This document shows positions 27,159-37,138 of a stretch of DNA of 47,920 nt, piece after piece. The position numbers were made by a program, and so were the translations under genes. The first letter of the stretch is position 1; every line of letters starts with the position of its first letter. The stretch covers positions 1 through 47,920 of the IMG/VR virus record IMGVR_UViG_3300025387_000026, one strand, 5' to 3'. The DNA comes from a virus. Its lineage: Duplodnaviria > Caudoviricetes. The notes beneath the pieces were generated by a model. The model did no database searches, was not told where the DNA came from, and saw nothing but the letters and a program-made list of their open reading frames with translations.

Positions 27159-28058
27159 TTAACTCGTTTTCAGAGTTGTTGTCAGTTCCAGATTGGACCC
27201 GGATTTCATCAAGTAACCTTCGATGGGCAGCATGATTTCCTGCTTGCCGGGAATCGCCGGAGCCTTTCTGGGGAATACCAGACTGCCCGCCGTGAAACTT
27301 AGAACTTCCAAGTTATAGGTGAAAGTAGCATTCATTGCCACGCCATCAGAACCAGCGTTGTAAAGGCTGTTGGCGGCCCCGTACGCGAGCTGTGTGCGGA
27401 AAGTGACAGTTCGGTCCTCTGCATAGATCGCGGTCATTGTCTGGCTGTTGTAGAACCTGCTTTTGTCGATAGCGTTATCAATGGTGATCTCAAAGTCTTT
27501 TGCAAAATACTGCTGACTCGCGCCGATGGTCAGGGCAAGATCGAAGAAGAGGAAAGGATTGGTAGTGGTGTCCAGTGTCAAGGATGGAAACGTGCCAGCA
27601 TTGCCGATACTTTCATCCAGTCCGATCAGGTCGAGCCTCAGACGTAAAGGGCTTCCCTCCTGACTGGAAATAGTAGCCCGATCCACCGCAACACCGGAAT
27701 AGGTGAAAACCTTGCTGATTCGGTCGATAGCGACTACCTGAGTCCCCAACACATCCGAGAAAGGATAGGTGACGGTTCCTGTGCCTGTGGGAGTGCCACC
27801 AAAGATCCAAGGGAGCAGGTAAGTCCATTCCACCGCTGTGGGCTGTAGGGAGATGGACCCCTGAGCCACCCTGGTACCCGCACGAATGCGGGAAACGTCA
27901 TGCGCTCGCGTCCCCCTCAATCCGTTGAGGTTGACCAGTTGTTCTTGAATCCCGAAATTCTCATTCTCAAAATCAAGCCGATTGGTAACAGGGCTGGAGG
28001 CTCCGATACCTAGTTGACTCGCGTATCCATAAACACCCAGATTGCTTGGTGCCGTCAT
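27159..28058 (-). CDS. Major tail tube protein
   Basis: GLRGTR.....R.G, FEITIDN, R.V pattern and gene position. Confidence 0.8.
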   Translation of the reverse strand: MTAPSNLGVYGYASQLGIGASSPVTNRLDFENENFGIQEQLVNLNGLRGTRAHDVSRIRAGTRVAQGSISLQPTAVEWTYLLPWIFGGTPTGTGTVTYPFSDVLGTQVVAIDRISKVFTYSGVAVDRATISSQEGSPLRLRLDLIGLDESIGNAGTFPSLTLDTTTNPFLFFDLALTIGASQQYFAKDFEITIDNAIDKSRFYNSQTMTAIYAEDRTVTFRTQLAYGAANSLYNAGSDGVAMNATFTYNLEVLSFTAGSLVFPRKAPAIPGKQEIMLPIEGYLMKSGSNLELTTTLKTS

Positions 28059-28123
28059 CGTGTTCCCCTCTATTGTTTTGTTGGCGTGATTATCTTTTCT
28101 TGGTGCCGATCAGGGCAAACTGG

Positions 28124-28849
28124 TTAGGTGTCGCGGGTTTCCCGGCAGGTACACAAGAGTCGCATTCCCAGTGAAACAAACTGATAACTTTCCCCGGAAA
28201 ACTGAGCAATGGTCATCATCTCTACTTCGTTGCTCTGAGACTCCGGAACAGTCGTAAACCGTTGCTTCTCAAATACCCTTCGTAGCTGTTGTCGCCATAG
28301 CTGATAGGTTGGCATCGGTGTCACATAGTCTTCCGAGTTCCGGTCGACGATCTGAATCTTGAATGGATAAATCACGTCATCCCGGCCAAGCACGGCATCG
28401 GCTACGGTCTCTTGCTGACCTTCCAGCGTCACAAAAATGCACGGCAAAACCGCTACCTTTGCATTCGGAACAAGCATCGAATAGATATGCAGGTTGGGAT
28501 TCAGAGGCATCAAAAGACTGGCAATCTTGGCGACGATCTCAGCCATCAACCGCGTCGCTACTGACTGGCTGGAATCGGTGACAGCGAAATACTGCACCGG
28601 TGACAGCGTTGGCGTATTCGACACCGAACCAAGGCTATACGCCCAATAGTAGCCGGATTGCAGGGACAAGGACAAAACAGGATTTCCCGTTCCCAATCCC
28701 TTCTGAACCCAGTTCCCGCTGGCCATGCTGGAGGTATTGCCGATCTGCTGACAATAGACCGTAACAGGCTTGTCAGAGTCGTTGCCAGTGATCGTGGCAG
28801 TTGCCCCGGTTGCGTTCTGTAAATCGGTGATCGAGAGGCCCAGAGTCAT
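28124..28849 (-). CDS. Tail completion/terminator protein with N-terminal extension
   Basis: LPCIFV motif; lies just before the tail tube. Confidence 0.55.
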   Translation of the reverse strand: MTLGLSITDLQNATGATATITGNDSDKPVTVYCQQIGNTSSMASGNWVQKGLGTGNPVLSLSLQSGYYWAYSLGSVSNTPTLSPVQYFAVTDSSQSVATRLMAEIVAKIASLLMPLNPNLHIYSMLVPNAKVAVLPCIFVTLEGQQETVADAVLGRDDVIYPFKIQIVDRNSEDYVTPMPTYQLWRQQLRRVFEKQRFTTVPESQSNEVEMMTIAQFSGESYQFVSLGMRLLCTCRETRDT

Positions 28850-29343
28850 TGATCCCCCTCTAAAATCAGTCTCACCACATGATCTCCGAAAAAGTCGGCT
28901 ATCCGGTCAGAGGTGCCGCCTCGTATGCCAAGAAATTCGCGTTTTGGAATCTTGCGTGTTCCGTACTGGTGGTAGATCGCGTAAACCTTCGTTGTCCCGA
29001 TCTCAAGGCTTTTTCGTGTCATCTCATCAATCTCAAAACCGGTATCGACCCCGGTGATGCTGGAAAACATGGTGCCAGAAAGGATCAGAATTCCATCAAA
29101 CCCCGGATAGTGCGGTCTGGGAATCCTCCTGATAATCCTCTGCTTTTCGAGAGCGTAAACCGGATTGAGTTCTTTCCATGGCTCGCCGTCTGGAGTTTGC
29201 TGAGCAAGAAAATTCTGTCTGGTATCGTCGTTGATCAACCCCTTTGCCGTCTGCAATGGCTTGGTAAAATCAACGTCCCGGAGCCGATCAGCCATGGAGC
29301 CGAAATAGCCTGCCAGTTCGTCAAGATCCAAGGTTAAATCCAT
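28846..29343 (-). CDS. Virion morphogenesis protein (Mu gpG/P2 gpS-like)
   Basis: F..Q.TPDG.PW, IL..SG, IGT...YA.YHQYG...IP.R.FLG. Confidence 0.88.
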   Translation of the reverse strand: MDLTLDLDELAGYFGSMADRLRDVDFTKPLQTAKGLINDDTRQNFLAQQTPDGEPWKELNPVYALEKQRIIRRIPRPHYPGFDGILILSGTMFSSITGVDTGFEIDEMTRKSLEIGTTKVYAIYHQYGTRKIPKREFLGIRGGTSDRIADFFGDHVVRLILEGDQ

Positions 29344-29346
29344 AAC

Positions 29347-29796
29347 CTACCATTGCTGTTGCCTGAGATAGTCGTTATCCGGGTAAGGCTGCATCGTGGA
29401 ATAGGTGTCAACCACTGAACCGAAAGAGACTGTACCAGGTGCATCGCCACTGGCAGCAGGAGTCACATAGGCCCCGCCGATAGAGACCAGTACCGTTTCC
29501 AGTTCCTTGCGTACGTCACGGAGCTTGGCGTTGTTGAGGCTGACAGCATCGACAGCAGCAGCATCCGTGAAGATGAAAAACTTGGATAATTCCATCTCAT
29601 AGTAAGGCCCCTGATCCCATTGCTGGATCTGGGCAAGGGTAAACCCTCTGGAGAGCAGTTTCCCAATCAGGTACTGATAGGCCGCCGCGTGTTGCTGCGT
29701 GACGATATTTGACCAGTAGGCGGGCAGGGCTGAGACCTGATATTTCAAGGTATCAGCCACTGAGGATAAAACCTGTGCGTCAGTGAGAAAGGCCAT
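29347..29796 (-). CDS. Head-tail adaptor (putative)
   Basis: Size and position before the morphogenesis gene; GGAGG RBS. Confidence 0.55.
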   Translation of the reverse strand: MAFLTDAQVLSSVADTLKYQVSALPAYWSNIVTQQHAAAYQYLIGKLLSRGFTLAQIQQWDQGPYYEMELSKFFIFTDAAAVDAVSLNNAKLRDVRKELETVLVSIGGAYVTPAASGDAPGTVSFGSVVDTYSTMQPYPDNDYLRQQQW

Positions 29797-29807
29797 GTTA
29801 TTCCTCC

Positions 29808-30218
29808 TTATTGCCCGATCTGCTTCAACCCCAGCAGGGCGAAGAAATTCACCGCATCCGTCCAGATGCTTGTATTATCCGACAGGTTGAGACTCACCCC
29901 GCTGGCCTGTTTAATTGCCGCGACGTTTGCCGATATCCAGACCGCTTGATCCGCGAAAGCCATGGTAGCCCAATTAGCCGGAACCGATACTCCAGCAGTG
30001 CTAGCAATCTGTGCGACGATGGCACAAAACTGGCTCGCATTTAAACCCGCATCGAAAAAGTAGTGGCTCGGAGTCCCTGTACCCGTAGCCGATAGCCCAT
30101 TGGTGAGCCATGGCCCCGCTGGAGCAGGATCGATATTCGCAGTGACCCATGCGTTTAATTGGCTCTGCATCGCAGCAGGAACCACCGCAATCAGGCGATA
30201 AAGGTATTGCGTTACCAT
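29808..30218 (-). CDS. Hypothetical virion-associated protein
   Basis: 136 aa, overlaps the upstream gene; LSATG...P.HY motif. Confidence 0.65.
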   Translation of the reverse strand: MVTQYLYRLIAVVPAAMQSQLNAWVTANIDPAPAGPWLTNGLSATGTGTPSHYFFDAGLNASQFCAIVAQIASTAGVSVPANWATMAFADQAVWISANVAAIKQASGVSLNLSDNTSIWTDAVNFFALLGLKQIGQ

Positions 30219-30958
30219 GCTGCGCTCCTTAACCGCATATAGGTATCCATTTGAGACCGTTGTTGGCTGGTCGGATTAACGGCACACCAAGCCTCCAGAA
30301 TGTCCCCCGGCCAAAATTTTGAAAATCCCGATTGATCGTCTGCACCGAATGAAACTCCGCTTAATGCGTTAGACCCGGCATTGTACGGCGTGCTATCTGA
30401 TCCTCCATTAATGCGCGATACTGTTGACGTAGTGTTGTAATAGTAATTGAATCCGTACCATGTATTAGCGGAAACGGCTGCTCCTGCACTCGGCGAGCCT
30501 GCATACATTTCGACCGCAGAGTTTTGGAGGTAGCAGTAAATTCTATTAGTTGCATTAATCGGTCCGATCATAGCTATGCCAGTGGCAGAGGAAACTGAAG
30601 TTGCTCTTGCAATAACAAAAAAACCAACTGGTTGAGAAATATTTGCGGCAAATGCTGATGAAGCTAAAGCATTCGTTGTGCCGTTAAACCTGATAACAGG
30701 CAATCCGTTTAAAATGTTTTTCTTCCACGTTGGGCGAATGCCAGAAGTGGCCTGAATGATATTGTTGCCGTTACCTGTCAGGTCTCGCATTCCGCCGACA
30801 GCATCACTGTCATTTGCGACAGGTGTCGACAACGTGCTATCAGTGTACACCTGCTGATCCGCTGCAAAACCGAATTTTAGTTGGCTAGATGAAAAAATTG
30901 TCAGCGGAGTCAATCCGCTTTCAATCCCAAACAAAGCATTATCGGAAATAATAGCCAT
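30212..30958 (-). CDS. LamG/concanavalin-like lectin domain protein
   Basis: D.TGNGN...QAT...RPT......NG.P.IRFNG, GDI.E. Confidence 0.75.
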   Translation of the reverse strand: MAIISDNALFGIESGLTPLTIFSSSQLKFGFAADQQVYTDSTLSTPVANDSDAVGGMRDLTGNGNNIIQATSGIRPTWKKNILNGLPVIRFNGTTNALASSAFAANISQPVGFFVIARATSVSSATGIAMIGPINATNRIYCYLQNSAVEMYAGSPSAGAAVSANTWYGFNYYYNTTSTVSRINGGSDSTPYNAGSNALSGVSFGADDQSGFSKFWPGDILEAWCAVNPTSQQRSQMDTYMRLRSAAW

Positions 30959-30966
30959 CAGCCACC

Positions 30967-32250
30967 TTAAACATAATCGAAGTTAATGGCCAGTTGACCC
31001 GTTGTCACCGCTGTTGCATCGCTATCGGCAATGCCAGTGGATACCCGAAACGCGATTCCGTTGCTGAATTTAACGCCCATCGTCGACAGGTTTAGGTTGT
31101 TGCCCGCTCCGTTGGCTGACGTTGTATTCGCTGGAATCAGGATTGTCTTGATTGGCGTGCTGGAACTGGTCGGGGCTGTGGCGGTGTCGTATAGCTTGAG
31201 CCAAACCGCTGATGTTGCGATTGAACTGGCCTGAATGCCAAACAGGGTACCCGCCGATGATTTTATGACGGTTGAATCCTGATTCGTCGCCCCTGTTGGA
31301 AGAGATCGGTAAGGAGTCAACCCGTTCGTGGCTGACGGGACCATTGTCATCGGTTGCGTTGTCTGCCAGAATGTGCCGGTCACGGGAACGGAACTGTTGG
31401 TGATGTTGGCTTGAACTTTGCCGCCAGATACTGCCCCCGCAAGCGTGGTCAGATTGCCGCCAGTTTCCACCGCTAGCAGGCTGGTGTTAAGATTTGTCCC
31501 GGCGTTTGCGGTGACCGATCCTGAAACAGTCAACGTGGAAGTAATGGCTTTATAAATCCCACTGAGCCACCCCAGCAGGCCACTGCCGCCCGTAGGCTGG
31601 CTGATACCTGTGCCGCCTGCTCCCTGAGCTGTTGAGATGGTCGACAAGTAGCCGCTATTGGTGGTATCTAGTGTAACCGTACCAATTGAGGAAGTGCCAC
31701 CAGCAAGGACGGTAATCATCCTACCGCTGGAATCCACCTGAATTGCGGACTGCTGCCCATTGGTCAGCGTGGGAAGGCTAGTGTTGTAGATTCCACCTAC
31801 CGCAAATGATTTTGTAGCCGCAGCTCCACCGGCAAGGGATCCATCCGCATTGGTGTTGACACCTACCGTTGTCGGAGGCGTTAAAGCTGTAATTGTGCTG
31901 GCGGACAAGTTGACCGTGCCAATGGTATTGGTTCCGGTTGGCAGAGATGGCAACGCTGTCACCGTGACGCTACCGATTCCATTTGTCCCTGTCGGCAAAG
32001 AGGGGAGCGATGATACCGATATTGTGCTAGGTGGAGTGAGGGCGGTTATTTGTGCCGCTGGCAAGACTACAGGAAACGAGGCTGCGGCAGTCTGCTGCCC
32101 CATTGCAATCGCAGTACCACCAACAGCCACGAGGTCAAATACGTTCACTATTCCGGTAGTCGTAGTGCCACCATTGCCGCCAAAAGTGCTGGTTTGCACA
32201 TAAAACGTGCTGGCTGCGTTGTCCTTGATCTGGTAGGGAGTGTATGCCAT
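30967..32250 (-). CDS. Head fibre/decoration-like protein
   Basis: LPSLPTGTN.IG.V repeats; C-terminal IKSSAG.L.G...LKLYD.A.AP...F..GI domain. Confidence 0.7.
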   Translation of the reverse strand: MAYTPYQIKDNAASTFYVQTSTFGGNGGTTTTGIVNVFDLVAVGGTAIAMGQQTAAASFPVVLPAAQITALTPPSTISVSSLPSLPTGTNGIGSVTVTALPSLPTGTNTIGTVNLSASTITALTPPTTVGVNTNADGSLAGGAAATKSFAVGGIYNTSLPTLTNGQQSAIQVDSSGRMITVLAGGTSSIGTVTLDTTNSGYLSTISTAQGAGGTGISQPTGGSGLLGWLSGIYKAITSTLTVSGSVTANAGTNLNTSLLAVETGGNLTTLAGAVSGGKVQANITNSSVPVTGTFWQTTQPMTMVPSATNGLTPYRSLPTGATNQDSTVIKSSAGTLFGIQASSIATSAVWLKLYDTATAPTSSSTPIKTILIPANTTSANGAGNNLNLSTMGVKFSNGIAFRVSTGIADSDATAVTTGQLAINFDYV

Positions 32251-32253
32251 TTA

Positions 32254-32424
32254 TCAAAACCCCATGGAGAAAAAGACGATGTTGGCTGGTTGAGAGAAGT
32301 CGAGCTGACTGGATATTGTTGGCGGTGGTGGAGTCGGTGTAGCCCCTTGAGTGTTGATCCCACCAAAGGAGTAATCCGACAGGTTTGGCGAATTGGCTGA
32401 AACCAATTGCAGTTTGAGTTTCAT
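32254..32424 (-). CDS. Small virion protein (56 aa, not in the ORF track)
   Basis: MKLKLQLVSANS...LDFSQPANIVFFSMGF fills the gap exactly between neighbouring stop and start. Confidence 0.6.
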   Translation of the reverse strand: MKLKLQLVSANSPNLSDYSFGGINTQGATPTPPPPTISSQLDFSQPANIVFFSMGF

Positions 32425-32425
32425 A

Positions 32426-32728
32426 TCAGGTTCCCAGTGAGAGGTAATTCACGACCCCGCCGCCCGTTGGATACCGCAAATAAACCTGCCCCAGGTTCTG
32501 GCAGGGGATTGTCACCGCCTGCCCGGTAGTCAATTCAAAGTGCTGGCCGGTTTTAGTGCCAACGTAGACCGTCCCGCTGTTGCTGTTGCTGGACTGGATC
32601 AGGACAGCGCTGCAAAGGCTTGTAGCTGTTCCCAGCGCGACCGCTGTGGATCCTACGGTTGCATTCTGACTATCCGTCAGGAACAGGCCGGGAGAGAAGG
32701 TAGGGATAGCCCAACTACTTGCTGGCAT
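32426..32728 (-). CDS. Small beta-rich virion protein
   Basis: V.IQ....NSG.VYVG......L..G pattern. Confidence 0.7.
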   Translation of the reverse strand: MPASSWAIPTFSPGLFLTDSQNATVGSTAVALGTATSLCSAVLIQSSNSNSGTVYVGTKTGQHFELTTGQAVTIPCQNLGQVYLRYPTGGGVVNYLSLGT

Positions 32729-33155
32729 GTGTTTTCCCCTTGTTGTTGTTCGGCTTCAGGGCTGACAGTTCGGCCAGCAGGACTTCCTGATTCTGGCTGA
32801 GTTCCGCAACCTGTTTTTGCAGGATTTCAATAACCTTGCTGATGTTTTCAAACATGCTGGTATTCGTCAGCACGACAGGAGCCGCCGCTATTGCTTTTGC
32901 TGCTTTTGCCCTTGTTTCCTGCCGGGTTTTCTCTGCTTCGTCCAGATTCTTTTGGAATGGATGATGTTCATTCGGCTTGCCACAATTCAGGCAGGCAACG
33001 TAGCTCCGATGAATCGCCACTCCATCCGGATCGCGGGCAATGGCCCTGATCGGGAGGCCGTCGGGAGTGTAGCCGGTTGTCTCGCCGGTCCGCTGAATCT
33101 CTGTCTTGACGGCCAAAGAACCGCCACAACTATCGCATTGTCCTAGCTTGCTCAT
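32715..33155 (-). CDS. Zinc-ribbon/coiled-coil protein
   Basis: CDSC and CLNC; follows the capsid gene. Confidence 0.65.
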   Translation of the reverse strand: MSKLGQCDSCGGSLAVKTEIQRTGETTGYTPDGLPIRAIARDPDGVAIHRSYVACLNCGKPNEHHPFQKNLDEAEKTRQETRAKAAKAIAAAPVVLTNTSMFENISKVIEILQKQVAELSQNQEVLLAELSALKPNNNKGKTHASK

Positions 33156-33182
33156 GGATACCCCGTTAGTGTTGTTTGGGAA

Positions 33183-33214
33183 ATGTGCCCGGAGACCGGA
33201 ATCCCCGGACACAT
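33183..33214 (-). terminator. Stem-loop after the major capsid gene
   Basis: ATGTGTCCGGGGA...TCTCCGGGCACAT inverted repeat with a weak U tail. Confidence 0.55.
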
Positions 33215-33229
33215 GAATCAGGCCGACAA

Positions 33230-34255
33230 TTAAGTACCGGCAGCGCTGTTGAGATAACCAGACGCCACCAGTCCGTAATTGCCCTTGTAAATGTTGTTGG
33301 TGAACCCGCTGGTAGACCCTGCAACACTTACGCCAATCTTTTCTTCATTCAGGAGGTGATAGAGGAGCTGTTCCAGACCGGTCGAACAAACGCAAATTCC
33401 CACGTCTGCCCCGAAAATCACGTCCTGATGGGTGTAGAGCGGTGGATCGGTCGATGCAGTTTGCGGAAGTGTAAAGGAGCGGAATTGCTTCTTTACTTGA
33501 TCCACAATCACTTGCATGTCCGTGATGTTTGGAGTGTTGGTGATGTTGACGAGGATTGCATCCTGCCACCAGCCGTAGAAGCTGGCCAGTTCCAGGTCAA
33601 CCCAGAACCGGACTTCCTTGTTTTCCTCACTCTCAGGACTCCCGCTATTGGTGCCCAGTTTTGGTGCCATTCGCCACTGGAACCCCATTGGCTTGATCGT
33701 GTTGTAAGTCAACATGAAAATGGCTTTGTAGGTCAAGCCATCGTTGACGTTGCCGCTGGTGTAATTCAGCAGGTTCAAGCCGCTGGTGCCGGTATTGAAT
33801 GGGGAAGGCAAGGCGGAGCCAGCAGTACCGCCGCCCTGATTGTGAGTATTGCTGAAGAAGTAGCTACCATCGTAACAAACGGTGGTTGTACCTAGGTTCA
33901 ACTGTTGCAATACGTTGACGCCCGGATACATCTTGGCCTTCAGGCCGAGATCGCTGAACGCAATCTTGTAGCCGCCAACCTTGTCGTCAAGGATGTTTCG
34001 CAGTGGTACACGAATGCCAGCATCGTATTCATTGTTCACAATGATATACTGGCCCATATCCACTGTGTTGTAACGACGGTAGCCCTGGTATCGCTGGATA
34101 CCGGGTGTCGGGGTCAGCCATGCCATATCTTCGATACGGGCATCGCTCGCCATTTCCATGGTAAATTGCTGCCATGGTGGCTGTTTGGCTGGAACCCTCA
34201 AAGAACCTTGGATGAAAGCTTGTTTCATCATCACGCTAAAAGCATCAATATTCAC
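33230..34255 (-). CDS. Major capsid protein (Mu gpT-like)
   Basis: WL...P, N..Y...I.V....I.DD..G, CYDG..FF...H, KP..FQ; GTG start after GGAG. Confidence 0.88.
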   Translation of the reverse strand: MNIDAFSVMMKQAFIQGSLRVPAKQPPWQQFTMEMASDARIEDMAWLTPTPGIQRYQGYRRYNTVDMGQYIIVNNEYDAGIRVPLRNILDDKVGGYKIAFSDLGLKAKMYPGVNVLQQLNLGTTTVCYDGSYFFSNTHNQGGGTAGSALPSPFNTGTSGLNLLNYTSGNVNDGLTYKAIFMLTYNTIKPMGFQWRMAPKLGTNSGSPESEENKEVRFWVDLELASFYGWWQDAILVNITNTPNITDMQVIVDQVKKQFRSFTLPQTASTDPPLYTHQDVIFGADVGICVCSTGLEQLLYHLLNEEKIGVSVAGSTSGFTNNIYKGNYGLVASGYLNSAAGT

Positions 34256-34373
34256 TAATCTGCTCCACGCACGCCCCCCGCCGCGTGGTTTTTCCCCCGT
34301 GGAGTTTTTCTGGCCGTGCGTCCGGGGTGAACGTAAAGGGGAGCTACCCCCACGGCCATTTTGCTTGAGAAAT

Positions 34374-35471
34374 TTAGTTACCGTGATACCAGAGAGACTG
34401 AGTAGCGGACCATTCAAGGATCATCCTGGTATTGGCAGCGATTACCGCCGACGTACCGTCTGCCACGTTGCTGGTACCAGAGGCAGCAAAGGTAATGCTG
34501 TTGGCGCTGGTGTTGATCAGGGAAAGAATCTGGCCGTCTGTCGTGCCGGGAGTCAGGATAGCACCGGTGACAGCAGCAGCAGCGCTGAGGAGCTTGCTGG
34601 AGCCAGAAGGAAGAGTGATGGTATTGCCTGTTACCAGTGCCTGCGGAGTCGATCCAGGAGGAATGGTCAGGAGGCCGTTGGAACCGTTTGTGATCCCAAA
34701 CACAATCCACTGAGTACCGTCGGAAACCAGTTCCAGACGTGCGTACTGGACAGCAGGAATCACGATGGAGGTGTTGGTGCCGTTGATCGTATCCGTACCG
34801 TTCGGAGTGATCGTCACCGAAAAGGCTGCACTGGTGGTCTTTACAAAAGTAATCCGGTCATTGGCAGCAGTCAGGGAGACCGCTGGCAAGGTCAGGGTTT
34901 CAGCAGCAGTGTTAGGAACCTTGATGGTCTTATTTAGGACTTCCACGCCGTACGTTGCCCCGCCTGTTGCTGGCGCCAGCATCATGGCAAGGCTGGTAAA
35001 GTGGCCAGCGCCCCAGTAAGCAGGCCGGATAAAGACGTTGCTTCCAGTCAGGATAGCAGGATCGGAAACCACCACGTCCGACACATAGCCAACCAGGTTG
35101 GCATTCGTGGTAGACAGAGGATCCAACGTCACGGTTCCCGAGGTGACAGCATAGACCGGCTTATTCAGGTCAGTGACACGGCTTGCGGTTCCAGAGGCCA
35201 GAGGCATGGAGAACTCGGAAGGCCGGTTCACCTCCCTAACAAACCCGGTAGCAGGCAGGTCTGTAGTTGGCTTCCATTGTGGCCCCTCGAAGAATCCTTG
35301 GAAGAACATGGGGACAGAATCGTCAAAATGATAGGCAAGGCTATCACTGACTCGCCTGCCGATCATCTCGTTGGGATAGTAGCTATCCGCAACCTGTGGG
35401 AAGAGCATTTTCTTCTTGGTGTCATCCCATTTTTTGCTGTAACTGTTCACCATCTGCGTTGGATTCGGCAT
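34374..35471 (-). CDS. Capsid decoration/cement protein with C-terminal extensions
   Basis: DL.KPVYA....TV.L.......VG motif before the capsid gene; TLTLP fibre-like domains. Confidence 0.65.
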   Translation of the reverse strand: MPNPTQMVNSYSKKWDDTKKKMLFPQVADSYYPNEMIGRRVSDSLAYHFDDSVPMFFQGFFEGPQWKPTTDLPATGFVREVNRPSEFSMPLASGTASRVTDLNKPVYAVTSGTVTLDPLSTTNANLVGYVSDVVVSDPAILTGSNVFIRPAYWGAGHFTSLAMMLAPATGGATYGVEVLNKTIKVPNTAAETLTLPAVSLTAANDRITFVKTTSAAFSVTITPNGTDTINGTNTSIVIPAVQYARLELVSDGTQWIVFGITNGSNGLLTIPPGSTPQALVTGNTITLPSGSSKLLSAAAAVTGAILTPGTTDGQILSLINTSANSITFAASGTSNVADGTSAVIAANTRMILEWSATQSLWYHGN

Positions 35472-35523
35472 TATTGGTTCCTTCGTATTAGAGATTTCTG
35501 TTTCTGGTATGGATCAACGGGAA

Positions 35524-37044
35524 TTAACCGTTGAGGATTTTCCTGTAGCCGCTGATCAGTTCTTCCCGGTCTCGCGGGCTGGCAGTCTTGAGGGTTTCAA
35601 CCATCTCATCCGCTGTGGAATAACCAGCAGCGCGAGCCGATTCGGTGAACCGCTCGAAGTAAGCACGAACCACGGTTTCCCCTTCAGTCCCGGCATCGCC
35701 GTTAGCCCCGCCTGTGCTGGAGCGTGTCACCTCGCCAAACTTCATCGGGACTCTGGTTTCCAGCCGCTTCAGCTGGCAATCCAGTTCCGTCAGGGCAACT
35801 TCCTTGCCCTTCTCAGAGAACTTGTGAACGACCGTGTTGTCCTTCGCGTTTCGCAGCGCTACAGAGATTTCACTGAAGGGAGATCCTTCGTCGCAGTCAG
35901 CCGCTGACAGCTTGCGAGAACCGGTGGGGCCGTTCCTCTCGAAGAACTTGCGGACCATGTTTTGCTTGTCTGCTAACAGGGTCTCTTCCCGGTATTTCTC
36001 AAAGGATTCAATACTGGGCTTGATCTTGCGATTAATAGCCTGTTCCAGCTTGCTTTCAATCAGGCTGGTAAGGACCGATTCGGAATAGTTGTGACTCATA
36101 TTGTCGTCTCCTGGTGTCTGCATGTTGGTGGTAGAGCCGTCACCGACTCCGCAATATTTTCGAAGGCCTTCTCTTGCCCTCTCTCCCCAGCGCCGCCATT
36201 TGTCCGCGTAGGTCTGGGCTTCCTCATCACTGGAAGCGTCTGGCAGGTCTCCATCCATCGGCATGGATTCGTCGTACATTTGCTTTTGGCCGTCAGAATA
36301 GCTCTGACAGGCTCGTAAAATCTCAGCCAGTGCAGCGTCTGGAACTTCGTCCATCATGGAAGTATCAACGCCCATACTCTGTAGCTGGTCGATCATTTCA
36401 TCACGGTTCATGTTTTCATCACCCTCGAAAAAACAGGTGTAGCACCCCGGCATTCCGGGAGTCGGAACTAAGTCGACGCATTTGAAAGTAAAAGGTTGAG
36501 TGAAGGCAAATTGCTCGGAGTGGCTTTCCATCTCTTCAGGCATTGGCAGGTCTGCGAGAGTTTTGACCTGTGGCACATCAGCACCAAGGAAACTAATTCG
36601 GCGAAGCATCTTTCCTTCACCGGGAACGCCTTCCGGGGGCTGATCGTAGATCTCCGCTGAAACTTTCTTGTATCTTTTTGCTCTGATTGCATTGGCCACG
36701 ACGGGAGCAACTCCGCCAATATCGGCCATCAACTTGCCTTCCTCGCGGTCGTGCCACAATCGCACTGGCCAGCCTGCCGCGGGCAGGTCTGAGCCGGATA
36801 GGATCTTCTGCTCTTCCTCATGCCCTAACACCGCTGGCGCACCAGGCATCAGCCTTGGTACCGCCATCGGCACGGAAAACCGGGGTGTCTCGCCAGAGGA
36901 ATGCAAGTCGAAATTGGCGACAATCTGGTCCAGATCGTCAGGGGTGTAGCTCTTGCCCCGGTGTGTACCGGATGCAAAGACTTCCACATCCCGGAGGATG
37001 GAACCGCCGTCGCCGCCTTCACGGAAAAAGAATGTATTTTGCAT
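35524..37044 (-). CDS. Mu-like prohead protease/scaffold
   Basis: F..G.H.G..YT..DL..I..NF, LGH, PAAGW, Y..VSAE, L....FLGA..P.VK.L; acidic helical scaffold. Start placed after the terminator. Confidence 0.85.
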   Translation of the reverse strand: MQNTFFFREGGDGGSILRDVEVFASGTHRGKSYTPDDLDQIVANFDLHSSGETPRFSVPMAVPRLMPGAPAVLGHEEEQKILSGSDLPAAGWPVRLWHDREEGKLMADIGGVAPVVANAIRAKRYKKVSAEIYDQPPEGVPGEGKMLRRISFLGADVPQVKTLADLPMPEEMESHSEQFAFTQPFTFKCVDLVPTPGMPGCYTCFFEGDENMNRDEMIDQLQSMGVDTSMMDEVPDAALAEILRACQSYSDGQKQMYDESMPMDGDLPDASSDEEAQTYADKWRRWGERAREGLRKYCGVGDGSTTNMQTPGDDNMSHNYSESVLTSLIESKLEQAINRKIKPSIESFEKYREETLLADKQNMVRKFFERNGPTGSRKLSAADCDEGSPFSEISVALRNAKDNTVVHKFSEKGKEVALTELDCQLKRLETRVPMKFGEVTRSSTGGANGDAGTEGETVVRAYFERFTESARAAGYSTADEMVETLKTASPRDREELISGYRKILNG

Positions 37045-37086
37045 GACGGGCGATTCTGCAAAAAAATATTCGGTCGATGCAAATTG

Positions 37087-37118
37087 AAAAAAAAGCCGGA
37101 CCATATCGGCCCGGCTTC
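37087..37118 (-). terminator. Rho-independent terminator closing the moron
   Basis: AAGCCGGGCC-GATAT-GGTCCGGCTT followed by a T run on the - strand. Confidence 0.8.
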
Positions 37119-37138
37119 GTGGGAGGGGAGGGGAGGGG

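Noticed and set aside
34256-34417. N-terminal extension of the capsid ORF
   Set aside because: It runs through hairpin-rich intergenic DNA; GGAG plus GTG at 34255 fits better.
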